Shown here piece after piece: positions 39,701-50,782 of a DNA stretch of 64,000 nucleotides. How positions within the stretch are numbered: position 1 is the stretch's first letter; every line of letters begins with the position of its first letter. The DNA is from Leptonemataceae bacterium. GTDB lineage: Bacteria > Spirochaetota > Leptospiria > Leptospirales > Leptonemataceae. The DNA lies in contig OZ245742.1 of the NCBI GenBank assembly GCA_965227295.1, positions 2,272,001 through 2,336,000 on the forward strand. Reading direction: 5' to 3'. The notes under the pieces are model-generated. The model ran no database searches, was not told the origin of the DNA, and saw only the letters and a program-made list of their open reading frames with translations. A program made the translations under genes and the position numbers.

Positions 39701-41828
39701 AAAGCGCATGCATTCGCCCCTGGCGAACGTCGGCCCGCTCTTCGCCCACGGCATTCTGGACGGCGAGCGCGGCGACTTTCCGGCGCTGCTCGCGCGCACC
39801 GAGGGCATCGACCTCGAAGAACTGCCCATGCCCGCGGTATCCCGGCGCTTTATTCTGGCTCACCACGCGCGGGCCCTGGGCATGACCGGGCGATCCAAAG
39901 AGGCCCTGCAAATCTTCGATCAAATCCTCATCCGCGAAGAGAACACGGCACAACGCGGCGAGCGTTCCTTAGCTTTACACGGGCGTGTGTTACTGGCCCT
40001 GCGCATGGACGAACCGGAGACGGCGCTGGAGTACCTGGAGCAGGCGCGCAAACACATGGCGTTGCGTCCGGACCCGTACGTCGAAGCGCTGTTCGAACTG
40101 CTCGCGTGTTTTGCGTACCTGCGATTGGGCCAGGTTCGGGACGCGGCCGCGGCCCTGGCCCAGGGCCGGAGCATCGGCGACCCGCTGGACTCGCCGCTGT
40201 TGCACGCGCACCTGGACTTCGGGGCGGCCAAACTCGGCTGGTTTCAGGAACGCGACGAGAAGTACTTAAAAGAAGGCGAGGCCGTTCTCGAACGTTTCGT
40301 CGACATGAGCGTCGCCGGCTATTACGAAATCTATCGCGAGGACTACAAAACCTGGCGGAACATCTACAGCGACTCGTCCTCGCATACGGTGCTCTCCGGG
40401 GAAAACCGCGAGCTGGTGCAGCTCATGGAGATCAACCGCAAGATCTCCTCGACCCTCGACACGGACCTGTTGCTCGAAGAGGTGCTGCGCGGCGCCATGC
40501 AGATTACCGGCGCGCGGCAGGGGTATCTGTTCACCTGCGACGATCCCGAAGACGCGCTCGGACAAAACACGCCGCTGCCGCAGTTGCAATTGTCCCGGGA
40601 CGCCCACGGCGCGGCGGTGCCCCCGGAAGAGAACGTCTTCAGCCGGACGATCGTACACGAGGTCATAACTTCTCGTGAGTCAGTGTTAACGCGAGACGCG
40701 CGCTCCGAGCGGCGCTGGGAACCTTCGAAGAGCGTGCAGTTGCATCATCTGCGTTCCGTGCTCACCTCGCCCATCCTGCTGCACAATCGTTTGCTGGGTG
40801 TCCTCTATCTCGACAACCGGGAGGCGTCTTCGGTCTTTACCGTGCGCGACCGCGAGATCCTCGAGAACTTTGCGACTCAGTCCGCCATCGCCATGAACAA
40901 CGCGCGGCTCTTCGAGCGCGAACAGAACGCCCGCCGGCAGACCGAGGCGACGCTGGCGACGTTCGCGCGTTTCGTGCCGCGGCAATTCACCGAACGTTTT
41001 GCCGAGGGCAACGTGGAGTTGCTCCAGACCGGCCTGTCGCGCCAGGAGTCGCTGTCGGTGTTGTTCTCCGACGTGCGCGGCTTTACGTCGCTTTCGGAAC
41101 TGCTGGGGTCCGAAAAGACCTTTACGTTACTCAACGAGTACCTCGACCGCATGGAACAACCCATCCGCGGGCGTGACGGCTTCGTCGACAAGTTCATCGG
41201 CGACGCGGTCATGGCCCTCTTCGACGGCCCGCCCCGGGAATCCGCCGTCAAGGCCGTGCGCGCCGGCATTGAAATGCAGACCGCGCTGGTCATGTTCAAC
41301 GACGAGCGCGCGCGCCATGGGGAAGCGCCCCTGTCCATCGGCCTCGGCGTGAATACCGGCGAAGTGATGATCGGCGTGGTGGGTTCCCGCGAGCGGATGG
41401 ATACGACAGTGATGGGCGACACCGTGAATACGGCCTCGCGCATTGAATCTCTGACGAAGTACTATCGTTGCTCGTTTCTCATCGGCGAGGATACCTACAA
41501 CCTGGTCAAAGTTCAGGACGATCTGCAGTTGCGGTTCATCGACGCGGTGCAGGTGAAAGGCAAGGACCAGAGCACGAAGATCTACGAGGTCTTCAATCAC
41601 GATGCGCCGGAAATTCGCGAAAAGAAACTGCAGCACCGCGAGCTGTTTACGGAAGGCCTGCTGTGTTACGAGAGCGGAGACTGGGCCGGTGCGATCCGTT
41701 GTTTCGAAGAGTACGCCGGGATCTTTCCGGACGACGCCGTGGTGAAACCGTTCCTGGAACGCTGCGAACTCTTTCAAACGCTGCCGCCGGAAAACTGGAC
41801 CGGCGTCTACCGCCTCGAAGAAAAGTAA
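36753..41828 (+). CDS. Multidomain Ser/Thr kinase - AAA ATPase - helical repeats - GAF - class III adenylate cyclase
   Basis: [77 protein letters not shown]. Confidence 0.93.
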   Translation: MRHSSTLTDRILKDRYEVRELLGEGGMGRVFRVWDRRSREDLALKLIDTRNKKFPLETVLRFRSEAETLKSLRHPSIIRYVDYFEDDDQHALVTEFIDAPTLREYLDDLLDQQHAGIDTALMILRGVGEALVYLHDRGLVHHDLKSSNILTEVRGLPEDAPADISGLRILDFGLSHLVGADTGSHFAGTLAYMAPEQTGMLHKLVDHRADLYSLGVILYEVLTGRLPFTANDPAVLMHQHVAVTPQKPSELRADIPPILEELVLKLLSKDPEDRYRTTAGLVRDLDRYDRLHGDGEDPAHIRFPLGDEDHWESFPRRNPFLNRESELELLRATIEHARTSERGTLVLLDGARSVGKTELLNRIYNDEQQGRRGVKWFYSPRREETEKPYKAITDLLQNFLQFLRTIPEARQYKIVSSIQSHFGDRFRLFVDLLPELRGWIDSEQSDNADGDDARTEGPSALVTNPEYADVAFEFFRVVAAYQQGLTIFVDDFHYMEASTARAFLERISGADDLGGAPVVLIFAYNYDLLPEVHRDAVRRALAPRESGTADSHVPRLLRLEPLSEAVCAELLHQLFSRKLDDLSALLEPLYSTTGGNPGALRILLQNLIDRKLIFFDSKGGGTWRTRFAEALEYIRERQGARGASLWVLEDFSDDEVEYLKQAAVFQRAFTLAALRAVLLLEAPPETDKAEHEGDDSDNGAARRDAHLLATLDRAVQAQILAVDTSRLYSFRDPALRVHLLEQLPEGQRRIVHKMIAHFLETSVLPDSPAAVYDIAHHEEYAGDFDRALDFYERAAKLTENELYTNRQSQIYYELAHRVIGKMPDDRVPVERRFEILFRSIMHDLNLNPSRPELEDRLALLAELAGDERVRTQRLLSARTLFLFMRGRKKEMVETGESLLAIASPENPEDAAHILPTYLLLGTTPTGKSFEERADLLRTGLDIAMRLERPDITQGPMVAYMNILAYLGRFEEAEQELQRLTADLKRMHSPLANVGPLFAHGILDGERGDFPALLARTEGIDLEELPMPAVSRRFILAHHARALGMTGRSKEALQIFDQILIREENTAQRGERSLALHGRVLLALRMDEPETALEYLEQARKHMALRPDPYVEALFELLACFAYLRLGQVRDAAAALAQGRSIGDPLDSPLLHAHLDFGAAKLGWFQERDEKYLKEGEAVLERFVDMSVAGYYEIYREDYKTWRNIYSDSSSHTVLSGENRELVQLMEINRKISSTLDTDLLLEEVLRGAMQITGARQGYLFTCDDPEDALGQNTPLPQLQLSRDAHGAAVPPEENVFSRTIVHEVITSRESVLTRDARSERRWEPSKSVQLHHLRSVLTSPILLHNRLLGVLYLDNREASSVFTVRDREILENFATQSAIAMNNARLFEREQNARRQTEATLATFARFVPRQFTERFAEGNVELLQTGLSRQESLSVLFSDVRGFTSLSELLGSEKTFTLLNEYLDRMEQPIRGRDGFVDKFIGDAVMALFDGPPRESAVKAVRAGIEMQTALVMFNDERARHGEAPLSIGLGVNTGEVMIGVVGSRERMDTTVMGDTVNTASRIESLTKYYRCSFLIGEDTYNLVKVQDDLQLRFIDAVQVKGKDQSTKIYEVFNHDAPEIREKKLQHRELFTEGLLCYESGDWAGAIRCFEEYAGIFPDDAVVKPFLERCELFQTLPPENWTGVYRLEEK

Positions 41829-41836
41829 GAGCCTTC

Positions 41837-44332
41837 ATGTTGCGTGCGACATTGTTTTGCGCCGTCCTGTTCGTGGTGACGGTTTCCCTCGGGGCGGAAC
41901 CCGCCGTGGTCCCCCTGCCGCCGGAGGAGGGCGCGCCCGTTTCTCTCGGCCCGCGTCTCGAGTACCTCATCGATCCCGGAGGCGAGTTGTCTTTCGACGA
42001 GGTGCGTTCCGGCGTCGTCGACGATCGTTTTCACGCCTGGGACCGGGAGGTCCTCGGCCGCGGTATTACCACCGCGACGGTGTGGGTGCGTTTCGCGCTG
42101 GCCCCGGGCCGGCGGCCGAAAGATGCGGAGAGCCCGGAACGTTACGTCGTCGAGGCACTGTTTCCGCGTCTGGAATACATTGATTTTTACGAACCGCGTG
42201 CGGACGGTTCTTATGTTCATATCAGTGGAGGTTTACGCACCGAGGAGAAGGATCGCATGCACCGGGCCCCGCGCTTTCACTTTCCCGTGAAGCTGTCGGG
42301 AGGCGGCAGCCGGCCGTACTACATGAGCTTTCGTTCGGCCAGCTCCATGATCATCGGCCTGAATCTGCTCGGCGAATCGCGCCGCGTTTCGGAAAGCGCG
42401 TACCGTAACTTTGCCCAGGGAGTCTTCGCGGGGTTGCTGTTGCTGATGATCATTTACAACAGCTTCTTGCTGTTTACGGTGCGTGACATCGCCTTCGTTT
42501 ACTTCATCATCATGCTCGTCGGCTTTCAGGCTTTCGGCCTCGCAATGATGGGCACGGCGGATCGCTACTTATGGCCGGGGCAGCCGGACTGGGCCCTCAA
42601 GGCTCCGCTGGTATTCTCGGGAATTGTGCACATCGCCACGGCGCAGTTCGCCCGGGTCTTTCTGGTAACGCGGCGCTGGCTGTTCATTGAGTGGTTCTTT
42701 CGTCTGGTCCTCGTGCTCGGCGTCTTCATGATTGCCGGTGCCTTTCTCAACTTTCGTTTCGCGAACCAGGTGGCGGTCTACGGCGGCATGACCAGTGCGT
42801 TGACGAGTTTCGGCTGCGCAGTATTCGTCTGGGAACGGGGTTACCGGCCGGCGCGTTTTCTCGTCGGTGCCTGGTTGCTTTCCGTAACCGCCGGTTTCTT
42901 TTTTGGGTTGGTCCTCAGCGGCTATCTGCCGGCGACGTTCTTTTTTCGCTACAGCCTCCAGTTCGCGGGTACCATCTCCCTGGTGCTGATCTCCCTGGCG
43001 CTGACGGATCGCATTAACATCTACCGGGAAGAATATAAGCAAAAACTCGAAGAGACCGTTCGGGAGCGTACCGCGGACCTGAGTCGCAACGTGCGTGAGT
43101 TGACCCGCGCCCGGGAGGCCGCCGAGTCCGCAAGCCGGGCCAAGACCGCCTTCCTTGCGAACATGTCCCACGAAATTCGCACGCCCATGAACGCGATCCT
43201 CGGCGCCAGTGAACTGCTCGAAGAGACCGAACTTTCCGGCGAGCAGAACCGCTACATTCGTTTGTTGCGCGGCTCCGGAGAAACATTGCTGGGTTTAATC
43301 GATGACATCCTGGATCTTTCGCGCATCGAAGCGGAGAAGCTGAGCCTCGATCACGTGCGTTTTTCTCCGGTCTACGTCGTTGTCCGCGTCACCGAACTTC
43401 TGGCCGTGGCGGCCCGGGACAAGGGCATCGAGGTCCACTGGCACGTGGCGACGGAGGTGCCGGAAGCGGTGCTCGGAGATCCTGGAAGGTTGCGCCAAAT
43501 TTTGATCAACCTGGTCGGCAACGCGGTAAAGTTTACGACCCGGGGATCCATCGAGGTTCGCTGCCGCGTGATTGCGGAAGAGAGCAGCGCGGATTCGGTC
43601 TTTCTGGAATTCTCCGTCAAGGATACGGGGGCCGGCATCCCGGCGGAGAAACACGCGGAAATCTTCGAGGCCTTTACCCAGGCGGATGTTTCCACCACGC
43701 GGCAGTACGGGGGGACGGGACTCGGCCTGGCCATCTCCCGGCGCCTGGCCCGCCTGCTCGGCGGCGACATGATCGTAGAGAGCGAACCGAACGTCGGCAG
43801 CGTGTTCACGTTTACCTGCCGCTTCGAGGTTTCCACCGAACCGGCCCGGGATTCCGGGGCGAAAGACGATAGCGATCCCGGGGGCGACGACGAAACCCGG
43901 GTCGGCTTTCCGGAACGCAGCGGCAACCGTGTCGTCGCTGATCGGGATCAACCCGTACGCATTCTGCTCGTCGAGGATAACGAGGACAACCGCCAGTTGG
44001 TGCTCGCATTTCTTAAGAAGCATTCGTACGATATTAGCATCGCAGAGCACGGTCGGGAGGCCCTCGATCTCTTTCACGCGAGCGAGTTCGACCTGGTGCT
44101 CATGGATATGCAGATGCCGATTATGGACGGTTACGAGGCGACGCGCAGCATGCGCGAGTGGGAACGCCGTCGCCCGGATCGCCGTCGCACGCCCATCGTT
44201 GCGCTGAGCGCCCATGCCATGCAGGAGGACATCGACCGCGTCCTCGCCGTCGGCTGCGACGCGTATCTTACGAAACCAGTGAAGAAGGCGGCGTTGGTCG
44301 AGGCGATCGAAAAATACAGCTACGGTAACTGA
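41837..44332 (+). CDS. 7TM-DISM hybrid sensor histidine kinase with receiver domain
   Basis: DISMED2-like periplasmic domain and 7 [43 protein letters not shown]. Confidence 0.93.
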   Translation: MLRATLFCAVLFVVTVSLGAEPAVVPLPPEEGAPVSLGPRLEYLIDPGGELSFDEVRSGVVDDRFHAWDREVLGRGITTATVWVRFALAPGRRPKDAESPERYVVEALFPRLEYIDFYEPRADGSYVHISGGLRTEEKDRMHRAPRFHFPVKLSGGGSRPYYMSFRSASSMIIGLNLLGESRRVSESAYRNFAQGVFAGLLLLMIIYNSFLLFTVRDIAFVYFIIMLVGFQAFGLAMMGTADRYLWPGQPDWALKAPLVFSGIVHIATAQFARVFLVTRRWLFIEWFFRLVLVLGVFMIAGAFLNFRFANQVAVYGGMTSALTSFGCAVFVWERGYRPARFLVGAWLLSVTAGFFFGLVLSGYLPATFFFRYSLQFAGTISLVLISLALTDRINIYREEYKQKLEETVRERTADLSRNVRELTRAREAAESASRAKTAFLANMSHEIRTPMNAILGASELLEETELSGEQNRYIRLLRGSGETLLGLIDDILDLSRIEAEKLSLDHVRFSPVYVVVRVTELLAVAARDKGIEVHWHVATEVPEAVLGDPGRLRQILINLVGNAVKFTTRGSIEVRCRVIAEESSADSVFLEFSVKDTGAGIPAEKHAEIFEAFTQADVSTTRQYGGTGLGLAISRRLARLLGGDMIVESEPNVGSVFTFTCRFEVSTEPARDSGAKDDSDPGGDDETRVGFPERSGNRVVADRDQPVRILLVEDNEDNRQLVLAFLKKHSYDISIAEHGREALDLFHASEFDLVLMDMQMPIMDGYEATRSMREWERRRPDRRRTPIVALSAHAMQEDIDRVLAVGCDAYLTKPVKKAALVEAIEKYSYGN

Positions 44333-45386
44333 ATCGCAAACCGACGTCCGGGTCGAGGCGGACTGTCTTAACAAAACGAAAAGCCACAACTCCCGCTCAG
44401 CTGTAGCCAGATCAATCCCTTAACCATTGCGCAGCTTACCTTGTGTGTCTCACGACTAACGCCGCGAACCACAGCTCTTGAGCTACCGGAAAGTTTTATT
44501 CATTCGAGTACGCCCCGAATCGTGATGTAATTTGAGGCCAGTTTGTATTAAGACTCTTATGGGTACAACTGGTTCCAGGCGACCACGGAGGTTGGGCAGG
44601 GGAATGTGGTAAGGCGCACCGGCAGAACTTTCGCATCGGCGGAAGTTCTGAACCGCCGGCTTTCCGCATCGGCGGAAAGCATAAGTCCCCGGCGTCTTCT
44701 TCGTAAGAACCGCTGCGGTAGCTGAGTCGCAAACCGACGTCCGGGTCGAACGCAGCATGCTTTGCAAAACGAAAGTCCACAACTCCCGCTTCGCCGTAGC
44801 CAAAAAAAACCTTTCACGATTGCGCAACTTACCTTGTGTGTCTCACGGTAAACGTCGCGAGACACAGCTCTTGAACTACCGGAAAGTTTTATTCATTCGA
44901 GTACGCCCCGAATCGTGATGTAATTTGAGGCCAGTTTGCATTAAGCCTTTTATGGGTACAACTGGTTCCAGGCGACCACGGAGGTTGGGCAGGGGAATGT
45001 GGTAAGGCGCACCGGCAGAACTTTCGCATCGGCGGAAGTTCTGAACCGCCGGCTTTCCGCATCGGCGGAAAGCATAAGTCCCCGGCGTCTTCTTCGTAAG
45101 AACCGCTGCGGTAGCTGAGTCGCAAACCGACGTCCGGGTCGAACGCAGCATGCTTTGCAAAACGAAAGTCCACAACTCCCGCTCAGCCGTAGCCAAAAAA
45201 TCCCCTTCCCCATTTCGCAGCTTACTTCTTGTTTCTCACGGCCGATGCAACGAACCACAGCTCTTGAACTACCGGAAATGCTTTATTCGTTCGAACACGC
45301 CCCGAACCGTGGTGTAAGTAGCGGTTAGTGTACATTAAGACCTTTATGGTCACGGCTGGTTCCAGCTATCGTAAGAACCGCTGCGG
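44323..45386 (+). repeat. Long-unit tandem repeat array B3 (period 393 bp)
   Basis: Anchor at 44477, 44870 and 45263; double-hairpin insert within GCGCACCGG..CGGCGTC. Confidence 0.9.
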
Positions 45387-45411
45387 GAATTGTTGCTTGC
45401 CTGTCGGATTC

Positions 45412-46158
45412 TCAGCGCGCCGTTAAGATCAACGGTTCGCCTCTGGTGATCACGACGGTATGCTCAAACTGCGCGGTGTAAGAACGATCGGGCGTGCGCA
45501 GGGTCCAGCCGTCGTCGGCTTCCCGGGCGTACTCGGCGCCGGTGGAGATGAACGTCTCGACGGCGAGCACCAGGCCCTCGGTGGCCAGGCGGCGATCAGA
45601 GGGGTCTTTGTAGTTCACGATGTCGTGGGGTTCCTCGTGCAGCCCGCGGCCCACACCGTGCCCGGCCAGATTGCGAATGACCTTATAGCCGCGTTTCTTC
45701 GCGCCGGCTTCGATGACGCTGCCGATGCGGTTGAGGCGATTGCCCGCGCGAATCGCTCCCAGAGCTTCGCTTAAGATATCTTCAGATGCAGTTACCAGGC
45801 GTTGCAGCTCCGCGCGCCGCGGTTCGATGACCGTCGTGGCGCCGGAGTCCGCGAAGTAGCCGTCCAGTTCCAGGGAGACATCGACGTTCAGGAGGTCGCC
45901 GGGACGGATCTTCTTGTCGCCGGGAATGCCGTGGGCGATCTCGTGGTTCAAAGATATGCACGTGGCCCCGGGGAAATCGTAGGTCAACTCCGGGGCCGAG
46001 CGCGCGCCCTGTGCTTCGAAGTGTTCCCGGGCAAGCTCGTCGAGTTCTCGCTTACTCATCCCGGACCGCGCGCTCGCGAGCATGAGTTTGATGGTATCGG
46101 CCACAACACGACCCACGCGACGCAGGCCGATCAAATCATCTTCGTTTTCTACTGACAT
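45412..46158 (-). CDS. map: Type I methionyl aminopeptidase
   Basis: CISLNHEIAHGIP, DVS....YFAD, GHGVG..LHE, AVETF, AQFEHT. Confidence 0.95.
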   Translation of the reverse strand: MSVENEDDLIGLRRVGRVVADTIKLMLASARSGMSKRELDELAREHFEAQGARSAPELTYDFPGATCISLNHEIAHGIPGDKKIRPGDLLNVDVSLELDGYFADSGATTVIEPRRAELQRLVTASEDILSEALGAIRAGNRLNRIGSVIEAGAKKRGYKVIRNLAGHGVGRGLHEEPHDIVNYKDPSDRRLATEGLVLAVETFISTGAEYAREADDGWTLRTPDRSYTAQFEHTVVITRGEPLILTAR

Positions 46159-46176
46159 ACTTGCACACCAGTTTTG

Positions 46177-46288
46177 ACTCCGAGGACCGAGGTACCGAGG
46201 AAAAGAATGGGGAGGTGGTCATAGCCTGAAAGCGTTCAGGCTATGATCGCCCTCGTTGTTTGAAACTCGGTAGCTCGGTCCTCGGAGT
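46177..46288. repeat. Nested inverted-repeat element (MITE-like hairpin)
   Basis: 23-bp terminal IR with 1 mismatch (ACTCCGAGGACCGAGGTACCGAG) enclosing TCATAGCCTGAA-agcg-TTCAGGCTATGA. Confidence 0.75.
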
Positions 46289-46296
46289 TGTAATTT

Positions 46297-47712
46297 TTAT
46301 TTCGCCAGCGCTCGCTCCACTGCGATTTTCGCGCCGTCGTAGACGCCGCGTTCCGCCGCGCGGATGACGGCCAGGTTCATTTCAATAAAGACATCGTCCT
46401 CGTCGCACAACAGGCCGATGTAACGCACCGCGTCCTCCGGCTCCCGGCATTCCACCGTGCCCTCGCCGAGTTCCATGGCGCGGATTGCCGACGCCGCCTC
46501 GTGATCGCCGACCCGGCGCAGGAACAGCTTCGGTAACGGGAAGAAGGCGAGCTCCGACGGCTTGGTCGCCAGGATGTCCGAACAACGCATGAGCACGTCG
46601 GTGGCGGCGAAGGCGGCGAAGTGCGACGATTCGAAGTGAAAGATCGTAACGGGTTTCGTGCCCGGCGGATCGTCCTTGCCGATGGCGTGGCCTTCGGCGA
46701 AGGTCTGGAGTTTCGACCAGGAGTCCACCACGGAGTATTCGACGCGCAGTTCTTCGAGATTCTTGCGGAAGGCCTTGAAGACCGGACGATGATCCCCGGC
46801 ATTCAGGAAGAGTCTAATTTCACCTTCCCGTAACTTACCCTGAAGTGCCTCTAAGACTTCGCCGACGTACTTCTTCTGCGCGCCGGCCCCGCCGATAGGC
46901 AGCAGGATGCGCCGCGGCCGGTTGTCCTGCGCGCGCTGGATGCGGGCCTCGGAATCCGCCACGGCGTTTTCGACGAGTTCGCGAGACACCCAGTGCCCGG
47001 CCACGTCGAGTTCTTTTGCGGGCACGCCCATCTCCCGGAAGCGCGCGTAGGACGCGGGGCCCTGGACCAGGTTCACGGCGCCGGGGGCCAGGACGAAGTG
47101 TTGCGGATGATTGTCCGGCACCAGGTTGATGACGTTCGGGAATCCGGAGTGCACCGCGATTTGCGCGTGCAGCGGGTAGGCCGAGACCACGGGCAAATCT
47201 TTCGGCAGATCGCGCATGAGACTCGTGAGTTCCCGGGCGAGCATGTCGGAGAAAAACAGCGAGTTGATGTTCCCGCGGGACATGAGTACGCCCCAGGCCC
47301 ACTCGAAGGGGCCGCCGAAGTCGGCGGAGAGGCGGGAGAAGAACGAGTAGGCCTGATCGATCTCGCGGATCATGTCGGCACCGGGGGCCTGGATGTTCAA
47401 AAGATCGTGGAGGTAGACGTCGCGACCTTTCTGCATGGCCCAGGTGGCGACGGCGTAGGCGATGCGATAGTGGCCGTAGCCCATGCGCACCGTGCCCGCG
47501 ATGAAGCCGTTCTCGGAGACGCCGCCCTCGCCGCGTTCCACCATGTTCAGGTTGTTCACCAGCGTCGAAGGTTTCGCGGTCAACGGGAGGCGCTCCCCGG
47601 GTTTCGTGAGGGGGTAGCGCATCAACAAACCCTGGCGGATGACGCCCAGGGTTTGCAGGGAAAGCAGGTCGGCCTCGTGGCCGTAGATGATGTTGGATTC
47701 CGGTTCGCTCAT
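46297..47712 (-). CDS. Glycosyltransferase-fold hypothetical protein (DUF6938-like)
   Basis: RMGYGHYR.A, GGAGAQ and DILATKPSEL resemble GT-B/UgtP-like motifs. Confidence 0.65.
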   Translation of the reverse strand: MSEPESNIIYGHEADLLSLQTLGVIRQGLLMRYPLTKPGERLPLTAKPSTLVNNLNMVERGEGGVSENGFIAGTVRMGYGHYRIAYAVATWAMQKGRDVYLHDLLNIQAPGADMIREIDQAYSFFSRLSADFGGPFEWAWGVLMSRGNINSLFFSDMLARELTSLMRDLPKDLPVVSAYPLHAQIAVHSGFPNVINLVPDNHPQHFVLAPGAVNLVQGPASYARFREMGVPAKELDVAGHWVSRELVENAVADSEARIQRAQDNRPRRILLPIGGAGAQKKYVGEVLEALQGKLREGEIRLFLNAGDHRPVFKAFRKNLEELRVEYSVVDSWSKLQTFAEGHAIGKDDPPGTKPVTIFHFESSHFAAFAATDVLMRCSDILATKPSELAFFPLPKLFLRRVGDHEAASAIRAMELGEGTVECREPEDAVRYIGLLCDEDDVFIEMNLAVIRAAERGVYDGAKIAVERALAK

Positions 47713-47819
47713 TGGTTGCTCGGTGAATGGTTTCGCCAATTGTGGGGCCGTACTGGATGAAAGCAAGAGAATCCTGTGTCGTTCGGGAACGCCGGTGAGC
47801 CGGATAGCTGCGATTCAAC

Positions 47820-48245
47820 CTACCTCTGTAACCGTTTGATAAAAATGATTTCCGGCACGTCCTGTATTGGAGCAAAATCGTTGATGATGCCGGCGTGCTC
47901 AAAGCCGATCTGCCGGTGCCATGTTTGCGGTTCCGGCTCATCTTGCTGAGAGGAACTCATGATGACTGATTGTCCGTTTTCGAAAGCATAGTCCTCCAAA
48001 AACTTGACGATGGATTTTCCGATTCCTTGTCTGCGATGTTCCTGCTCGACGAGGACCATATCGATGCAGGGAATTTCCGACCAGAATAAGGTGAACCGTA
48101 GGAATCCGAGGTGAGTGTCGCCTTGTTTTGCGACTATGTACTCCTGCCGCTTGATTTTTTCTTCTACCTTACCCTTCGAAAGATGATCGTTGTTTGAGAG
48201 ATAGTCGATATCTCCTGACGTGGCGAAGCCGATAATTGGATTCAT
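47820..48245 (-). CDS. GNAT family N-acetyltransferase
   Basis: VEQEHRRQGIGK; WHRQIGF. Confidence 0.85.
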   Translation of the reverse strand: MNPIIGFATSGDIDYLSNNDHLSKGKVEEKIKRQEYIVAKQGDTHLGFLRFTLFWSEIPCIDMVLVEQEHRRQGIGKSIVKFLEDYAFENGQSVIMSSSQQDEPEPQTWHRQIGFEHAGIINDFAPIQDVPEIIFIKRLQR

Positions 48246-48406
48246 TGCGCTGGTATCCAGGAATCATGGGTGAACCTGTGAGAATTTCAAGAGTTTTCAC
48301 CGGGCATATTCTGCATTCTTGCATCAGCCGGAGGGGGGGGAGAGTTTATGGAATCCGACTTGACGCATCTTTCCTGTGTGCCATTCTTCTGAACAGGAAG
48401 CGAGTC

Positions 48407-48676
48407 ATGAGCGAAATTACCGTATCAATTCCGGATCATCTGCTGCTTACGCTGAATCTCAGCAAAGACGAACTCGGCACGGCCATGAAGCTCGAGTACG
48501 CGGCCCGGTTGTTCGCGGAGAAGCGGTTGTCCCTCGGTCAGGCCGCCGCCCTCTCCGGCAAATCCGTGGCCGGCTTTATGGACTTCGCTTCGGAGAAAGG
48601 CATCCCCGTGATCAACCATGATCCGCAAGACATCCGCCGTGAGCTTGAGGATTTGGCCTCGCTGAAGCCGGCTTGA
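48407..48676 (+). CDS. UPF0175 family antitoxin-like protein
   Basis: LFAEKRLSLGQAAALSG.....F......GIP. Confidence 0.85.
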   Translation: MSEITVSIPDHLLLTLNLSKDELGTAMKLEYAARLFAEKRLSLGQAAALSGKSVAGFMDFASEKGIPVINHDPQDIRRELEDLASLKPA

Positions 48677-48936
48677 TGCGCGTCATCGCAGACGCCTCCC
48701 CGCTGATGGCGCTGGTCACGATCGGGAAAATCGATTTGCTGGATCGTTTTTCCGCGACGGTGCATATTCCGCCTGCGGTGTTTCAAGAGATTGCCATACC
48801 CGAAAAGCCGTTCGCCCGCCTGTTGTCTGAATGGGCCCGCGACAAGGAGGCCGCTTTAGATACTCCCAAAGTTGCGGATGGTCTGGAATTAGCGCTGGGA
48901 CGTGGCGAGTCCGAGGGGGAAGTTGAACTTCTATGA
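48676..48936 (+). pseudogene. Truncated DUF3368/PIN-domain toxin
   Basis: VIADASPL..L..IG..DLL, IPPAVFQE, LGRGESE, then ends; lacks the downstream DD..R region. Confidence 0.75.
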
Positions 48937-49165
48937 ATTTGAGTAAACTTAAGGCTGAACTGGCTTCTCGGTATCTGTATGACACCGTATCGAGAAGATA
49001 GAGGATAATTCAAAGGGAGAACGTTGGCCGGATATTCTTGCCACAAAGTCCGATGGAAATAGGGTACGAATAGAGGTTGCCCAGAGGTATCGGGATGAGG
49101 GCGCAGGCGATGAGGGATCGCAGAGTCGCCGACGCTTTCAGGCCTGGAAAGACTTTGCATTTCGC

Positions 49166-49531
49166 TTGCGCCAGAAAATCAGGTCGTCTGAAACAGACCA
49201 TCCCAATGGCCCATACTTTTATGGTTGCTTGAGTCTCAAAGAAGAAGGGTTCAAAGATCTTATTGCAGAGAGGGAGAGGCGCGATAAGGCGAAGACGGAC
49301 TATTTCATAATCGCTGACGAGATTTCGGAGACGATACTGGCGGCATTGAAAGATATGCCCCGGAGTCCGGATTGGCAGCAATTGCCGATTGATACTGCTC
49401 GGAATAAATACATAGCGTCTGCCAGGGTGAAGGCATTTCCGGAAAAGGATATACTCTGGTGGGAACAGAGTTTGCTGACTTCAATCGCCTCTCGGGAAGA
49501 GATCGCAGATGCCGTGGCTGAGCGGGCGTAG
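49166..49531 (+). pseudogene. AT-richer gene fragment of unknown function
   Basis: Open 121-aa 3' part; upstream frames from about 48933 are interrupted by stops. Confidence 0.35.
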
Positions 49532-49676
49532 CCCTGGAAAGCGCGGTGCCCCGCCGCCACCGCCGCCGGGCAGACGCCCAACAGGACTCAACTTTCCCCC
49601 ATTTCCGCGAGTGACTTTTGATTGCCTGCCTCGTCTATCTTCTATATAGAAGCATTGTAGGAACACTTACAGCGTT

Positions 49677-50762
49677 ATGTCCCGGAAGCCCAAGACATCC
49701 CCGAAACCCCCACCGCGCCGCGCCGCCAAACCCGCGCAGGCATCGGTCCAATCAACCCGACCGCCGAAGAAATCCTTCCGCCTGCTGCTGCTTCTGATTC
49801 CCGCCGTCGTTTTGATCGGTGGCGGCGGCGCGCTCCTGGCGTTCGCGCTGCCGGGTGCCGCCCCGGGCGACGGCAGCCGCACATTGAACTACGAGGTCCG
49901 TCCCGGCGTCGGCGCCTACACCGTCGCGAAAGAGCTACAGACCGAGGGCATGATCGCTTCGGCGGATTGGTTCCGCATGTGGCTGCGAATCACCGGGCAG
50001 AGCGGCGCCATTAAGGTCGGCGTTTACGAACTGAACGACGGCATGTCGGCGCAGACCGTCGCTGCAATTCTTACGGAAGGTCGCGTGCGGCTCACCGCGC
50101 TCACGATCCCCGAGGGCTGGAACCACCGGCAAATCGGCGACTACCTGGCCGAGAAGGGATTCGTCGAAGACCGCGAGGAGTGGCTGCGCATTTCCCGCGA
50201 TCCGGAAGTCCGCACGAAGTACGGCATCCCCGACGACACCACCGAGGGTTATCTTTTTCCGGACACCTACATGGTGGCAGAGGGAACGAGCGCCGAACGC
50301 ATTCACGTGATCATGATCGAACACTTCTTCGAGATCCTCGAAGAGGTTGCCGGCACACGTAAGGTTACGCCAGACATTCGCAAACGCATCCTGCTCGCTT
50401 CGATCGTTGAGCGCGAGGCCGTGCGTCCGGAAGAGCGGCCGCTCATGGCGCAGGTGTTCTTGAATCGCCTGGAGCGGAACATGCGTCTCGAAAGTTGCGC
50501 CACGATTCAGTACCTGTTCGAAAAACCCAGGCGCCGTCTCTACGAGAAGGATTTGCAAATCCCGTCGCCCTACAACACGTATCGCAACGCCGGGCTGCCG
50601 CCGGGGCCCATCTCAAATCCCGGCCGGGCCGCCATTGAGGCCGCCTTTGAGCCGAAGCCGAGTGATTTTCTCTTTTTTGTCCTTAAACCGGACGGCTCGC
50701 ACCATTTCTCGGCGACCTATGCCGAGCATTTGAACGCCAAAAAGAAGTACATCGACTCCTGA
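49677..50762 (+). CDS. mltG: Endolytic transglycosylase MltG
   Basis: TIPEG, EGYLFPDTY, LASIVEREA, SPYNTY...GLPPGPISNPG. Confidence 0.95.
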   Translation: MSRKPKTSPKPPPRRAAKPAQASVQSTRPPKKSFRLLLLLIPAVVLIGGGGALLAFALPGAAPGDGSRTLNYEVRPGVGAYTVAKELQTEGMIASADWFRMWLRITGQSGAIKVGVYELNDGMSAQTVAAILTEGRVRLTALTIPEGWNHRQIGDYLAEKGFVEDREEWLRISRDPEVRTKYGIPDDTTEGYLFPDTYMVAEGTSAERIHVIMIEHFFEILEEVAGTRKVTPDIRKRILLASIVEREAVRPEERPLMAQVFLNRLERNMRLESCATIQYLFEKPRRRLYEKDLQIPSPYNTYRNAGLPPGPISNPGRAAIEAAFEPKPSDFLFFVLKPDGSHHFSATYAEHLNAKKKYIDS

Positions 50763-50782
50763 AATCCGCCGATACATCCCAT

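Noticed and set aside
44483..45258. Duplicated short ORFs in the long repeats (also near 33.7-36.1 kb)
   Set aside because: Frames are not conserved between units; they are by-products of the repeat
33678..45386. CRISPR array interpretation of the tandem repeats
   Set aside because: Units are 330-422 bp with no unique spacers, and no cas genes are present
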